Assembly (NCBI GenBank): GCA_002189035.1
Contig: NEEC01000010.1
Coordinates: 2,790,001 to 2,854,000, forward strand
DNA from: Utricularia gibba
Lineage: Eukaryota; Plantae; Magnoliophyta
DNA: 64,000 nucleotides
Direction: 5' to 3'
The notes below the pieces were generated by a model. It ran no database searches, was not told the origin of the DNA, and saw nothing but the letters and a program-made list of their open reading frames with translations. Of the stretch, positions 1 to 13,721 are shown piece after piece; position 1 is the stretch's first letter, and the number at the start of each line of letters is the position of its first letter. The position numbers and the translations under genes are program-made.

Positions 1-1729
1 AGGACACGATGATCGGCGGCGCATTCGTCCGGGAGTCTCCGGTGGGGAAAGGAAACGGGTGTGCATAGGAATGAGATACTGATAAACCCATCTCTGCTGC
101 TGCTGGATGAGCCGACATCAGGGCTGGATTCAACCATAGCTTTGAAGATAGTAGACACACTGCACGGCATAGCTGAGGTGTGTATTTGTCGAACCAGTTC
201 AACATAGCAGAGTTTTAGCTGAGGCAAGCTGCAATGGCAGGGCGGGAAAACAGTGATCACCACGATCCATCAGCCGTCGAGCCGCCTTTTCCTGAAGTTC
301 GATAAGCTGGTTCTTCTGGGAAGAGGGAGTTTGCTGTATTATGGGAAGACAACAGAGGCAATGGCTCACTTTTCATCCATAGGATGTTCTCCTCTTATTT
401 CAATGAATCCAGCAGACTTCATGCTTGATCTGGCTAATGGGAACTTGGTAGACATATCTGTGCCATCAGAGCTGGAAGACAAGGTTCAGTTGGGCCATCG
501 GGGATCAGGCGCTGGAGGGAAGAAACCTGCACTTTCACTTCTGATTCACGAGGTAACTGCATAAACTCATCGGCATACTGTGGAAGAACAGCAGGCTTTT
601 CTCATAAACATATTTGACTGAAGCAGTATCTGGTTGAGGCCTACGAGGCGAGGACTGCGGAGAGTGGAAAAAAGAGACATTTGGCACCGACACCTATTGA
701 GAAAGCCGCCAGGAGAGAATGGGGAACAAGCTGGTGGGAGCAGTATTCCATACTATTCTGTAGAGGACTTAAAGAGCGAAGGCATGACTACTTCAGCTGG
801 TTGAGGATCACCCAAGTTCTTGCTATTGCAGCAATCTTGGGAATGTTGTGGTGGCAATCCGGTAGTGATGACCCTGAGAAATTCCAAGAGCAGGTTAGGT
901 TTCAACACGTTACTTGTAATTTTCCAGACAAAAACCAGGCTAAACAGAAGGCCATTGCAGGCCGGATTGCTTTTCTTCATTGCAGTATTCTGGGGATTTG
1001 TTCCAGTCTTCACAGCAATATTTACATTCCCACAAGAAAGAGCCATGCTGAGCAAGGAAAGGGCAGCAGATATGTACAGGCTAAGTGCATATTTTGCAGC
1101 AAGAACTTCAAGTGACCTGCCACTCGACCTAATGTTGCCACTAGTTTTCCTTCTGGTAGTCTATTTCATGGCAGGCTTAAGAATGGAAGCAGGGTCCTTT
1201 TTCCTCACCATACTTACGGTTTTCCTCTGCATCATAGCTGCTCAGGTTCAACATGTTCCTTCATTCACAGAAATCTGAATCTGAAGGGTGACTTTCTACC
1301 TGACATATGAAAACAATGCAGGGCCTGGGGCTAGCTATTGGCGCTACATTGATGGAGTTGAAGAGGGCAACGACTCTGGCCTCGGTTACAGTCATGACCT
1401 TCATGCTGGCTGGAGGCTTCTTTGTTGAGGTGAACTTATGTTTCTTTGTACAGTTCAGTAAATCTGAAACAGGATACCAGAAAATGATCCATTTTAAATT
1501 GTTTCAGAAAATTCCAGTGTTCATCTCATGGATCCGGTATCTCTCCTTCAACTACCACACCTATAAACTACTTCTAAAAGTTCAGTATGGGCATTTAACA
1601 AAAGCAATAGGTGGGATCAAAATCGATGATGGTTATACAGATGTTGGAGCACTCGCAGCAATGGTTGTCTGCTACAGAATACTAGCTTACATTTCTTTAA
1701 GAAGGATGAAACTTCACCTTGTAGCTTAA
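1..1729 (+). CDS. ABC transporter G family half-transporter (ABCG22/27-like), 5'-truncated by window edge, multi-exon
   Basis: Signature [12 protein letters not shown] and Walker [12 protein letters not shown] at 30-130; [19 protein letters not shown]; ABC2 membrane domain ([11 protein letters not shown]...MYRLSAYF); stop TAA ending 1729. Two 1-bp homopolymer deletions near 32 and 70. Confidence 0.93.
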
Positions 1730-1789
1730 TCAAGAAACTCATACCTTCCAAAGTCTTCACCTTTCAAGACATATAACTTTGACAGTTTC

Positions 1790-4700
1790 TCATGCTAGTG
1801 TTCTCAGCCAGCGAAGTAGCCCAAGGAGAGATGCATCGAGTGCTTGGTTTTTCTTCTCCAATCCTGCTCAAACACAGAAAATCCCAAGTGAGAAGAGAAC
1901 ATCAAAAGTTTGATAGTGATGAGCTGAATCAATGTGTTGCATGTCGATGGATGATGAGCTTTGAAGTATTAAAAGAGCAACAACTAGCATCACACATCAC
2001 CTAAATCAGCCGCCACACGATGCGCGCACATGACCCCTGAAAAGGCCACAGCTATGACACCTTGCCCAGGAAAGCAACTATCTCCCACACAATACAGGCC
2101 ATTTACAGCCTACAAGTGCCACAGGAAAGGTAGCATCTTAAAATTATTAACTGAAAAAATAGCAAGAACAATGACAACCCTTGTTCCCACAAGGGAATGT
2201 TGAATAGCTTACAGTAGTGTTGAAAGGCATCCCTAACAATCCCTTGGGAATTGAATGAGGCATCGGACCATAAGTACCACTGTCACGAGCTAAGTATCGC
2301 CTGTGAGTTCTTGGTGTCCCAACCTAAAATACAAGTGGATTAAGAAATGAAAAATCCAGTTTCTGCTCAACAGAGCCAGGCATGGTTTTAACTATAGAAT
2401 GGCTCAACAGTATACCTCCTTGAAAACTATAGACGACTCCAGTCCAGGGAACAATTTCTGCTCAAGCCTGTGTATTATTCTTTTAGATAACAATTCCTTC
2501 TTCTCTTCATAATCTTTGCGTGAGAGGCCCTAGAGCAGAGTGGAAATCTGTATAACCATTCTTAAGAACATGAACAAGAAAATCAGCTTGTTATGTCACA
2601 AGTTCTTTCACCAAATGTTTCATTAGTTAAATTCAGATTCAGCTCAATGAACTACTCTGAAAAGCCTGCTATTAAAATAAGCCCAATGGAAAATTAGGAA
2701 ATATGAAATGCTTCGGCAAAAACAACATCCAGAAATAATACCTCCCAATCCTCTATAGGAGAGGTTGTGAATATGTGAAAAATGTGATTTCCCTCGGGAG
2801 CTAACGACTTGTCAAGAACTGTTGGAATGCTCAAAAAGATGCTCCCATACGATTTCTCAAGATGTTTCCAGTCATCCTGCATAGTTAACGAGAGTATAAA
2901 GTACGGCAGCAATCAGAAAACACAAACAGCGAAAAAAAAAGGGTTCACAAATGCAGAAGTTGGTGAATAACAATATGATCTGTCATGCCTCTAGAATGAA
3001 ATGATGGCAATCTGTATTCTCTGGCAAAACATCAGCTTTGACGCCCATGTGAATAGAGAGAAAAGATGGTGCTTTAACATATGCCTCCTGAAATCTTCGT
3101 TCTTCTTCAGGAGTATCCTTGCTTTTCAGGAGCTTCCCTAGGCAAATGGCCAGTGAAGATAAATATTCATATGTTGTTGCCTGTTGAGCCAAAAAGGGCA
3201 TCATACCAAAGGTATCCCATCTAGTAGCATTTGAAATAACTGTTTGAGCGTAGAATTGCCTTCCATCAGATAGCTTCACCCCAACCTATAAAAAAATAAA
3301 TAAGTTGTAAAGGACTTCACGGATCTCCAAGGAATGTAAAATTTTCTCAAAAACCATAATTTCCAGTGGTTAAACTCACAGCTTTTCCATCCTCTAAGAT
3401 AATGCTCGTCACATTTGCCTTGTAAAGTATCCTGCTTGCATGATTAACCAAACCCCTTGCCAAAGACTTGGGGATTTCTCCAACTCCACCCTCGGGGTAA
3501 TTGATCCCACCAAAATGCCTGTCACACAAAACCTGAAGGAAGGAAAAGGAAATACGGCACATCAAGCAATAGAAAAATATTCTGAGAACTAATGAAGTCA
3601 ATTACCATGCTTGCATTTATCATAGGTGTCTGTGTTGCATTCACTGTACTCACTATAAAACACTGGAGGAGAAAAGCAGAACTTTGAGAAATAGATGAGC
3701 GATAAAGGAAACCAAGAGAGTGAGATTCGCGTCTAGGTAAGTAGAAGTCCACCTCAGCATCAATAAAGGACAACAGTTCAGGATCTTTGATGTACTTCCT
3801 AGCTACATTTCCAGCATTCTGAGGCAGATAGTAAGCTGCGAAAGTTTTAAAATTGTACATAAGTTAAAGCAGGAAATAGAGGCATTTGATAGTAAGTGTT
3901 TAGTAGTCAATTTAGAGGAAAAGCGACAGGTAAGTTCAATTACCAAGAGTTAGGCACTCCAGTGGCTTCTTCAAAAACTGATCAAACAGGTAAAGGGGTT
4001 CCTCCAGAGATTTAACTTCCAACGAGTTCAAAGAATTGAATATCTGAAAAAATACCAAAGAATACATGAGTTGAATCCGAACACATGAGCATAATTGAGA
4101 TAATAACCTGAATCGAAACAGACCTTCCAGCAGTCACTGTAAAACTTCCGAATCCCATCTTCCTCGTGAGGAAATTTACCAACAAGTTCTGAGATGAATT
4201 TTTCGTAATCTCGATGCACTTGTACTGAGAGGCCATGAGGTAAATGGAAATGAACAGTAGTAGGGTCAGGTATCACCTGCAACTTACATCCCACTGCAGC
4301 TAATGCTTGAGTAATCAGATTCATATTCCCCTTCAAAGCAATAAAAACAGAAAAAATTTCAAAAAACGAATGAAAGTCATATTACATCCACGCCAGCAAG
4401 TGAGCTAAGTTTGATATCAAACTTACCTTATCACTGAATCCAAACATGACTGATGATCCAACATCAAATGTGAATCCATCCCTCTGGTAAAAGCCTGAAC
4501 TGCCACCAGGAATAACATACTTCTCAAGAACCAACACCTTCGCTCCTTTCACCGCCAGCTGCGTCGCTGCCACTAACCCTCCAATACCAGAACCTATTAC
4601 AATGGCATCATAACTAGACCTCTCCCCTTCATCTACTATGTTTTGAACATTCGTAACTTCGCCCACATCGACTGCTGATTTCACCCTCAAAAAGGTGCTT

Positions 4701-4879
4701 CTTTTCACAAGCTTGAATCTGCTAACGCCAGATTTCAAGCCATGGCTACGATAGCCAGTGGGGTTCCTAGAATTAAAAGGGACAAAACTACGTATTCCAT
4801 GGCGCTGTTTCCTCAAACCATTGCCGCAGTTACAGATCACAAACGGAGCAGACGAAAATCCATAACATAAAACATCCAT
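1790..4879 (-). CDS. CRTISO: Carotenoid isomerase (prolycopene isomerase), multi-exon
   Basis: Transit peptide, then FAD motif [32 protein letters not shown]; [11 protein letters not shown]; [12 protein letters not shown]; [32 protein letters not shown]; last exon [23 protein letters not shown] with stop at 1790-1792. Confidence 0.97.
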
Positions 4880-5642
4880 TTCGCCAACGTAATCAGCCAG
4901 AAATCAATCTCCCATCTAACCAAGTCCCAAAAATTACCCCAGAAAAAATGATTTTTTTGGAGCCCCAAATTGCCAATCAATATCACAAATCAGCTCAAAC
5001 CCAAACGTTGGGACGAAGCCAAACCGCAAATTGATTATTCCTAGCAGCTATCAGCGTTTACGGCTTTCTTGTTCTTGAAGCTTGAAGCTGGACTCCTGGT
5101 TGTTCCTTAATGGAAAAAAAAATACAGCAACTCCTTACTGAAGAGCAATCCAAATACGATTGACGACGTTCCCTGTCACTCGCTTTAATGGCTAGTGTTG
5201 GAACAAATCGCAATGTCCTAAAGGGGCCCTTTTAAAATGACTTTCGACTCAAAACCAAAAATGTGCCTGTTCTTCCGAAAGAGAAGCTACCACGTAGCGA
5301 GTTTCACCTGCTCTTGTAATCCAGACTCTTGTAATTTTTAACATCTTTCTGAATTTTTTGGTTTCTTTTGCTTCTCCGCTCGATTTTCATGAATTTCAAG
5401 TAAAAACTTCGTGGAGAAGAAGTTTCCTCCGTTGACATTCGAACAGTCAGTAAAAAAATTACAAAGTTGATCTCTTGCTTACTGGTCTGGATCAGAGGCT
5501 CCTCACTGAATCTACGCTATCTCATTTACATTACAAATAAGAAATCATCCTCTATAAGACTGAATTCCATCGAGTTCGGAATTACAACACTATCTGGTTT
5601 TCTATTTAAGCAGCATCTTACATTGTGTGCAGAACAGCGCCC

Positions 5643-7943
5643 TTATAAAATGTTCCCTTTGAGCATCATCCTCAGAAACTCATTGTAGTCTATTTGCCCA
5701 TCCTGCACAGTAGACCCAATAAAGTTAAAGCACTTTTCTTCAGTGATGGGATTTCGTTTGAAGTTCAAGGTGGTTTAAAAAGTGTTTACATTGTTCTGAT
5801 CTGCTTCCTGAATCATTTCTTTGATGTGGGTGACCCCTGCGCCAAACTCGTCACATGCTTTTTGGAGCTCATCCTGTGTGATGTAGCCACTCCCATCTAT
5901 GTCGAAGTATGAGAATGCTTTCAATAGATGATCTTCCTTGTGTATTTTGTCCGAATGCAGTGTCGCCGCTAAGAACTCGCCGTAGTCAATGGCACCATTG
6001 TTGTTGATGTCCGTCTGAAAAAAGGAGAAAAAAATATAAGGAAAACAGAGATAATGGGATGGTTCTTCACATCCCACAAGAGAAGTTTGCTCACAGCGTT
6101 CATCAAGTGAAAGATCTGAGATTCGTCGTGCTTAGCGCCTAATTGCTCAAGGCCTTCCTTGAGCTCTTCAAATGTGATGTAGCCACTATTGTCTCTGTCT
6201 ATTATCTTGAACATTTCTTTGAGCCCAGCTATTTCTTCTGCTGATAAACTTTCAGCTATAACCTGATGGCAGGATGCTTATCAGAGAATGAATTTCATGA
6301 CAGACTGCGAATGAAGAAGCTTTACAGTTTTTTGTTGTATATATACCATGAGAGCCATTTTCTTGAGATATTCCATGGCTGAAAACGCCGTCAACCGAGT
6401 TAAGATAGCCGAATCAAGAGGCTTGCCAGGGGCTTCACCTTCCACCTGGAGCCAAGGGTGACCTGCATAAAAACGGAAAACCTTCACATCTGGATTCCAG
6501 AGCTCCATGATGTTGGCTAACCAATACATGATATCTAGTATAGATCATAGCTCACATAGCACTTGATGGGCAGTTAGCCTCTGTCTTGGATCCCTTTTGA
6601 GCATCTTCTTGACTAAATCTTTTGCACTCTCAGAGATAGTTGGCCATGGATCTGAGGTGAAATCAATGACACTGTGTAGGATATCTTGAAATAATTCTTC
6701 TTCAGTCTCTGCAAAAAATGATGCTTCAGTGCTGGTTCTGAGTGCTGAATGATACAACTGTAAGACAGAGTGTGTAGATTTACCACCCCAAAATGGAGGT
6801 GTGCCACTGAGCATAATGTAAATCATCACTCCAGCACTCCAAATATCTGCCTCAGGCCCATAGTGTTGAGAGAGAACATCAGGAGCAACATAAAATGGGC
6901 TTCCAACAATGTCACTGAATACTTCTCCTGTATGATTCACAGTGAAACAACAGGTGATCAAATTGAAATATGATGAAAACTATGGTTTTTCATGAATTAT
7001 TTACCTGGTTTGAAGAAAGTGGACAGTCCAAAATCAATGGCTTTCATGGGAGAATCCTCCTCACCATTGACAAACAGAAAGTTTTCAGGCTTGAGATCCC
7101 GATGCATTACACCTAAAGAATGACAGGTTTCCACAACACCAACAATTGTTCTCGCCAGTTCAGAAGCCTTCTTCTCTGAGTAGTGACCACGTTTGACAAT
7201 CCTTTCAAAAAGATCACCACCGGTACAAAGCTCCATGACAGCATGAACAGCCACAGAATCCTCATATGCCCCCTTAATCGAGATCATATTTGGATTACCA
7301 GACAAGTGATGCATGATCTCTATTTCTCTCCTCACATCATCCACATCTTCCTGAGTTAATAATTTCCTCTTTGCAATAGATTTACAAGCATACTCTTTCC
7401 CTGTGCTCTTCTCAAAACAGAGGAATGTCTTCCCAAACTGACCCTGCCCAAGCTTCCTCCCCAAATTGAAGTGCTGTTTCAAATGCCCTGTTTCCGTTTT
7501 CAGCACAGACTTCACCTGGAGTCCTACGCTCATACTTCCTTTAGGTCTCTCGAGTTTCTGGGCTTCATTTCGTTCTGGCATTCCCTCATTCACTCTACAG
7601 ACCTCGTCATTCGCATAAGAAACTAATCTTGGTTTCGTTTCCTTTTCCTTGATCACCTTCTCCCATGCATCAGGCGCCGCCGGCTGTTTCTGCTCCAGTA
7701 CCCGTTCCACCACCGCTACAGATTCCTTCTCCGTCAACTTCAATATCCCCCAATCATCAATTTTCACCATTTCCGGGGTACAATCCCAGGAAACCGCACG
7801 CCCTCCACCGATGACATTCCGCCGACCCTTTCTCCGTGATCATCGCAAGAAATTACCTCTGTAGACTTTGGCGTCCATAATGAAATGGAAACCGTGAAAC
7901 AGGCATATCCAACACCCCCGCCATTGACACACGTGTTTCCCAT
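5643..7943 (-). CDS. CPK: Calcium-dependent protein kinase (long N-terminal variable domain), apparent 1-bp frameshift in N-terminal region
   Basis: MGNTCV myristoylation-type start at 7943; [27 protein letters not shown] kinase motifs; junction domain and four EF hands ([33 protein letters not shown]); stop 5643-5645. The start-codon frame stops at 7764 while the kinase frame is open only from ~7835. Confidence 0.92.
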
Positions 7944-9216
7944 TATCAGAAACCTCTTAAAACACCAAAACAATCAATCAAACCAACAACTTGAGGCAAC
8001 CCAGAAACCCCTGCATCATGCAGAGTTACAAAAGACCCCGCAAGCAGACAATCAGGATTCCTGGGGACTTCAGGGAATGAGGGCATTATAAGGGGAAGTT
8101 TATTGAATGAGATGAGATTTTAGAAAAAGACAGGTACACAGAAGAGACGACCGGAACTTTTTCCGTTGAACTAGAAACTTTCCATAGCAGGGGATGAGGA
8201 GCAGCTACTGCTGATTGGTCACAAATGCGCGTGGAATTATTCAAAATATATTTTTATACACATAATTTCATTACACTCCTTGATTTCATATTCAGGATTA
8301 TATCTCATTTAACTAATTTAAAATAATAATTTTATTTTTTATAAAATATTTTAAAATGCTTATCAAACTTTTTTTACTAAATTACCCTTGTAAAATTTAA
8401 TATAATAACAATATACGTTGATTTGGTCATTTCTTCTGACTTTTTGTCGGCATTTGAAGTTTTCGACACCCCACCTTATTAATATTAATAGTATTATTAT
8501 TAATTAAAAAAAGACTCAGCCACGAGAGTTGTTGAACGAATCAAGATGACGATGGGAGTAATTAAGCAGCTACTTAGATATTCCTAATAATCGGCCTTCA
8601 AAATTATTTCTTGATTTGGGTCCACACGCGCCTTGTAGGCGCGTATATTCCATCATAATGCAAACTAGGTGTAACTCATTTTTTGAATTATAAAAAAAAT
8701 AATAGTAAATTATCTCCTAGGAATTTAGATGAAGATACTTATTATTTAGTTTATTAATTTTAATTTCATTTCTTAGTATAGCATATCCTTTTCTAATGTG
8801 TACCAAGTCTTGAAAACTGAGGATGATTGACTTCATCTTGATTAGGGCAGATGTGTTGTGCCTGCTGAGTTCCAACATGTCTGTAATAATGTTTGATGAA
8901 TACCTTGGTTGTTTACTTGTGGGCTGAACCTGGAAGGAACAATGGATTGATTGGCTTTGGATGGAACTGGTTCATGAACAAAGGGATGGGGAGTAAAAAC
9001 TGAGATCAGTTCGGAGCATGAATCCATGGATTTTCAGTACAGTAATGGAGTGGATCACCAGACAAGTAAAGTGAATTGGCTTTTGATGTATGGCGGAGAA
9101 TAAGAATCAAAATTTCAGCACACTGTATGTAGCTGTAGAAAAGAGACCCGAGTCGAAACATGTGCTCTAAGCTCCTGGTGCAAACTCATAAAACACCATA
9201 GAAGTTGCTACAAATC

Positions 9217-10599
9217 CTAGGAGGAGGTCAAGGGTGTCGCATTGACAGGCCCGGGAAGCTGAATACCTGGTCTTGAGGTCCATTTTTTACGATCCCGGTA
9301 AGCTTCTACTGCTCGCAGACGAAGCCTTTCTTGGGATGCATTGTGAGTTGTCTTCAGTTGCTGCATATGGAAACAGGGAGGCAGATAAACAGAAGGACAC
9401 CTTGAAACACACATGTGAAGGGAAGGGAGTTTTTGAGAGGGAGAACCTTTGGAACGGTTAGCTTTGGAGGAGCCATCACAACGTCTCCAAATCTTACTTC
9501 TTCATGGCCAGGGAACTCCTCATCATCCTCTGTCTTTGATCTTTTATGCTTCTTCTTTCTTTCTTCCTGGCGCCTGCAAGCATTATCAGGAATGATAATT
9601 TGGGGACCCAGAAGCTTGATCAACCGTGAGAAAATAAGGTGAGTATAACTAGCCAAATGCCCAAATTACAGGAACTCCACAGGGCTCATGATCCTCAAAA
9701 AGATATACAAACTTACTGCTTTTTACGCTGTTTCCTCTGAGAGACACCAACATCAGATTCGGTTAAGGTGCCGAATCTGAAGTCAAGAGACTTTTTTTTA
9801 TCCTTCTTTCTCTTTTTCATGGCCTTCCGGGGGGTATCACTTTCATGCTTATTCTCTCTAGACTCAAGGATAACTACTTGATCATTTCTTTTTCTTTTTT
9901 TACCCGTAGAATGTGAATTGGCTCCTTCCCCTGAAGGATTTACCTGGACACGAGCAATAATAAGAACATTTACGCAGAGAACTCAGGCACCCAACAAACA
10001 AACGATTGTTCTTAGAAGACTAGAAATATCTTTCTCTGATTATTAGTGCTTTCTAAATCAATTTTCAGAACTGCAGCTAGCAATAGGGAAGAAAAATTTC
10101 ACCTTTGCAAGTCTCAAAACTGGAAAGCATAGGTTTTGAAAGGTAAAAAAAAAACTACAAGGTCATTACACATGCATAGCCAGGTCTAATATCAATGCAC
10201 CTTATCTTCTCCGCCGCCTGTGTTCTTCCCGGGACTAAAAGCTTTTCCCCCTGCTAGTGGGAACAACAATCAATTGAAGTACGCCCACAATAACATTAAC
10301 AAGAATTTTAACCAAGAACAAAGAAAAATTTTCACAGGCAAACAGAAATCCAGCGCGCGCGCATGAGAGAATTGTGAAATTATTTCGTATCCGATCAATC
10401 CAAGACAAAAATATGGAGAAATTTCACACAAAAACATGTAGAAAATTGGATCATAACCTGCAATTGACATGATTTTGCGGAGTTTAGAAGGTAAGGCATC
10501 GACAGAGTGAGGATCAGGGGGAGGCGGCAGCCTACTGTTCCCACCGCCGTGTGCCGCCTGGTAATTCTTCTCGCGCCTTCTTCTTCCCTTACCTCCCAT
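9217..10599 (-). CDS. Conserved basic protein, CCDC137-like
   Basis: MGGKGRRRREKNY.AAHGG..RLPPPP..VDALPSKLRKIMS first exon; EVRFGDVVMAPPKL; C-terminal RLRAVEAYRDRKKWTSRPGIQLP. Confidence 0.8.
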
Positions 10600-10812
10600 T
10601 CGCAACACGCCCAAGTGTGTGTGGCAGAGGGAAAAAGCTCTGGAATAATTGAAACCCTCGGAAAAAATATTCTAATTTTGAAATCCCCAAATATTATATA
10701 AGGAGTTTTTCTTCTTTTTAAACGCTTGGGCTAAAAGCGAAGGGGACCCTGGCTGCAATTTCTTTCTTTCAGGTAACGTCGTCTCGCCGGAGCAGGATCC
10801 TCGGAGAGGTTA

Positions 10813-11826
10813 ATGGAGGAGGTGGGATCTTCAGCATTCCTTCTTGTTGCGGCATATTTCCTCGTTACTGCATCGGCAGCCGCGACTGTTGGTTACACAA
10901 ACCACACCGTCGGAGGCGACGCCGGATGGTTCTTCGACACAGCCACCAACAAGAGCTCTGCAGATTACACCTCTTGGGCCAATAATCAGACCTTCAATCT
11001 TGGGGACTTTCTGAGTAAGTTTCAGAATGTTGATCTCACAACTGAAGGATTGATGTTGGTAATTGGATCGCATTGTTCAAGTATATGTTACGAGATGAAT
11101 CTCTTCCTTCGTTTATTTTGGATATGCCCAGGGTTCTTAAACTTGAAGTTGTATTGGTATCCAAGATTGGTTATGTTTCACAATGGTGCCTGTTCGAAAA
11201 AATGAGTGCTTTCAACGTCTTGGAGTATTGTGAGATTGTTGGTGTTGCTTGCATTTCCGCTTCTTTGGATTGTGAAAATGGGGATTTTTAGATGGAAGAT
11301 AGCTGCTGATCTGCAGCAAGTTTTGTGTGCGGTGTGCCACTCTCCCAGTGTCACTCACTACATATTCCTCATGTCTGCTCTTTCTTTTCTGCAGTATTCA
11401 ACACGAACACAAACCAAACGGTCTTCCAGACCTTCAACTCGACGACGTACGAGAGCTGCAGCACAGATGACTCATCAGACACTACATTCCAGTATGATGG
11501 AGGTGTTGATATCTTAGGTGAAGCCATTACAATTGCAGTGCCGCTGACCCTAAGGGTCCTCAGTATTACTTCTCAGATGCAAATGATGGTCTCCAATGCT
11601 TCCAAGGAATGGCCTTTGAGATCAACGTGAATCCTGGTCTTGGCCTCCCACCAAGCCTCAACCAACCACCTCCTCCCCTTACGCCCCACCGCCTGTGGAT
11701 GACGGGGAATCTCCACCAATTCCGGTGACTGGTACCTTGGGGAGTGGAGGTATGAAAGCCTCTCCAAGCTTGCAGCTGCTGTTTTTGGTTCTTTCTCCAA
11801 TCTTGTTAACAGCACAGTTATATTGA
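10813..11826 (+). CDS. Phytocyanin / early-nodulin-like cupredoxin with Pro-rich tail and GPI-signal-like C-terminus (2 exons; apparent 1-bp deletion ~11553)
   Basis: Signal peptide, NHTVGGDAGW, W..NQTFNLGDFL|.FNTNTNQTVFQT...TYESC; after a frame change YYFSDANDGLQCFQGMAFEI..GLGLPPSLNQPPPP and a hydrophobic tail to TGA 11824-11826. Confidence 0.88.
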
Positions 11827-12121
11827 TGGTTTTGTTAGCGTTCATGATTCACTACCATGTTTAAACCTCACAAGAGGCAAGAGTTTCTACCTTGCTTTAT
11901 GTTTTATAGTCAATACAAATCCCAGTTGCCCTTCTACCTGCTTTTTTTTTCCAGAGAAACACTGACAGCATGACAAAACTTGCAGTGGGTTTCAGAGCAC
12001 ATCCCCCTTTCTGATACATTTTTCTCTTCAGCTTCCTAATAAACGGCAGCATCGTCGGCTTCGCTTCCAGATATTTATTCCGGTTGAGAAGCTTTAAAGC
12101 AGGAGAACATTCTCAACATGC

Positions 12122-12390
12122 TTACCAGGCTCACGCTCTTTGATCCAGCAAATCCTCCAATCCTTTTCTAATCCCGATCAAAGCCGAAAGCACTACAGCA
12201 AGCGAGCGTTAAATTTCCTCTTCATATGATACAGAACTTACAGGTGAAGGGCTTCAAGAAACTTTGTCGTGCTCGAGCTCTGTCCAATCTCCTCTGGTCT
12301 TCCTGATGGTGTAGGCTTTCCGGATCTTCATGTTCAGACCATCCACAGTCGTGGGATGATCCTCCTCCACGCCCCAAAATGCCTGCCAGG
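12122..12390 (-). pseudogene. REVEILLE/LHY-CCA1-like single-MYB gene remnant
   Basis: Reverse strand reads KIRKAYTIRKTRGDWTELEHDK(F)LEALHL | GT..AG intron | FDRD*KRIGGFAGSKSV, matching the family motif KIRKPYTI.K.RE.WT..EHDKFLEAL.LFDRDWKKIE.FVGSKT. TAG replaces the conserved Trp (12168-12170) and there is a 1-bp insertion ~12263; no recognisable SHAQKYF exon follows. Confidence 0.75.
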
Positions 12391-13116
12391 AACCCAAACA
12401 ACTTGTGCAGTTAGTATAGCATTAGAACTGATAATCCCACACCACGGAGAATCTTGAAAAAAACAGAGGAAGCAACAGGACGAAAATTGCCTGAAACAAC
12501 CAGCAATGGAGCTCACAGAAAATCAATATGCCATCTCATGTGTGTGTTTGTGTGTAAGAGAGATTTATTATATAATATATACTTAATTTATTATCTATCT
12601 GGTTTTATTTTTTTAACAAAGTGATTCTAATAAAAAAAGTTAATTTTTTAAAATACATTTTTTGGTTTATTGTGCTATGAGATGTCTATCATAAATGTGG
12701 TCATCCTTCATAACATCGTGAGAAAATTGATCATACTTAATTAAAAAATTTTACCCAAATATGTAAAATATAATAAGATTATGATCATCACCTTTATAAA
12801 TGATGCAAGGATTCGGTATCTAGGGTTTCCATTTTGAGGTGTTTTTGTTTTGGAAATTCAAGTCAACTGAAAAGACAAAAACGTCCATGTGCCTCGACAT
12901 GCTTAGGTCATACTCAATCATACGGGTTATAATAATAATAATGTAAAAACATAATTATTTTAATTAATTCTGAAACGACAAAATCCTTAGTTCTTCCCCA
13001 ATAAATGAGTCCCACTGTTTCCAACTTTCCATTAATTGCTGCAGTTCAGCTCCCAACTCCATTTACCATCAAACCCCCGGGCCCCGTCAGATGGCACAGT
13101 TTCCTCTCCTTCGCCC

Positions 13117-13721
13117 ATGGACGCCGTTCCGCCGCCGCCGTCTCCGCCGCAGCTCCTGGCTTCCATGGCCGTCAACTCCTCCCCGTCTCTACTCCAGAAC
13201 CTGAGCTCCATCGGCCTCGGCTACGGCATCGCAATGGCCCTCGGGTTCCTCGTCCTATTCTCCACAATCCTCCTCGCTTCCTACATCTGTTTCCGATCCG
13301 CCGCCCTGCGTCGCCAGCAGGTTGCGAATCACGACCGCGGGGCTCCGATGAGAACAGCATTTATTTGCCTAGGGTAATTTTCGTTTCGGAGGAGGACGAA
13401 ATCGAGGCACGAAACGTCGTCGTTGGGCTCGATCAGGCAGTAATTAATTCGTATCCGAAGCTCGTCTTCTCCAAGAGGAATGGGAGACTCGGAAACGACA
13501 CGATTTGCTCCATTTGCTTGTGCGAGTACAGGGAATCGGAAGTCCTCCGGATGTTGCCGGATTGCAGGCATGTTTTTCACGTCATGTGTGTGGATGCGTG
13601 GCTGAAGTTAAACGCCTCGTGTCCGGTGTGCCGGAACTCGCCGCTGCCGACCCCAATGTCCACGCCGTTGAATGAGGTGGTCCCTCTTTCCCAGTATGCC
13701 GACGGCCGGAGACGGCGATGA
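13117..13721 (+). CDS. RING-H2 finger E3 ligase of the ATL family, intronless (apparent 1-bp indel ~13340)
   Basis: TM segment IGLGYGIAMALGFLVLFSTILLASYIC, GLD motif (GLDQAVINSYP), RING-H2 CSICLCEY...PDCRHVFH..CVDAWL..NASCPVCR; TM and RING lie in different frames joined at a G run. Confidence 0.92.

Noticed and set aside
5643-7943. CDPK as a pseudogene or non-myristoylated variant
   Set aside because: Kinase and EF hands are intact, and a single frame break fits the assembly-error pattern.
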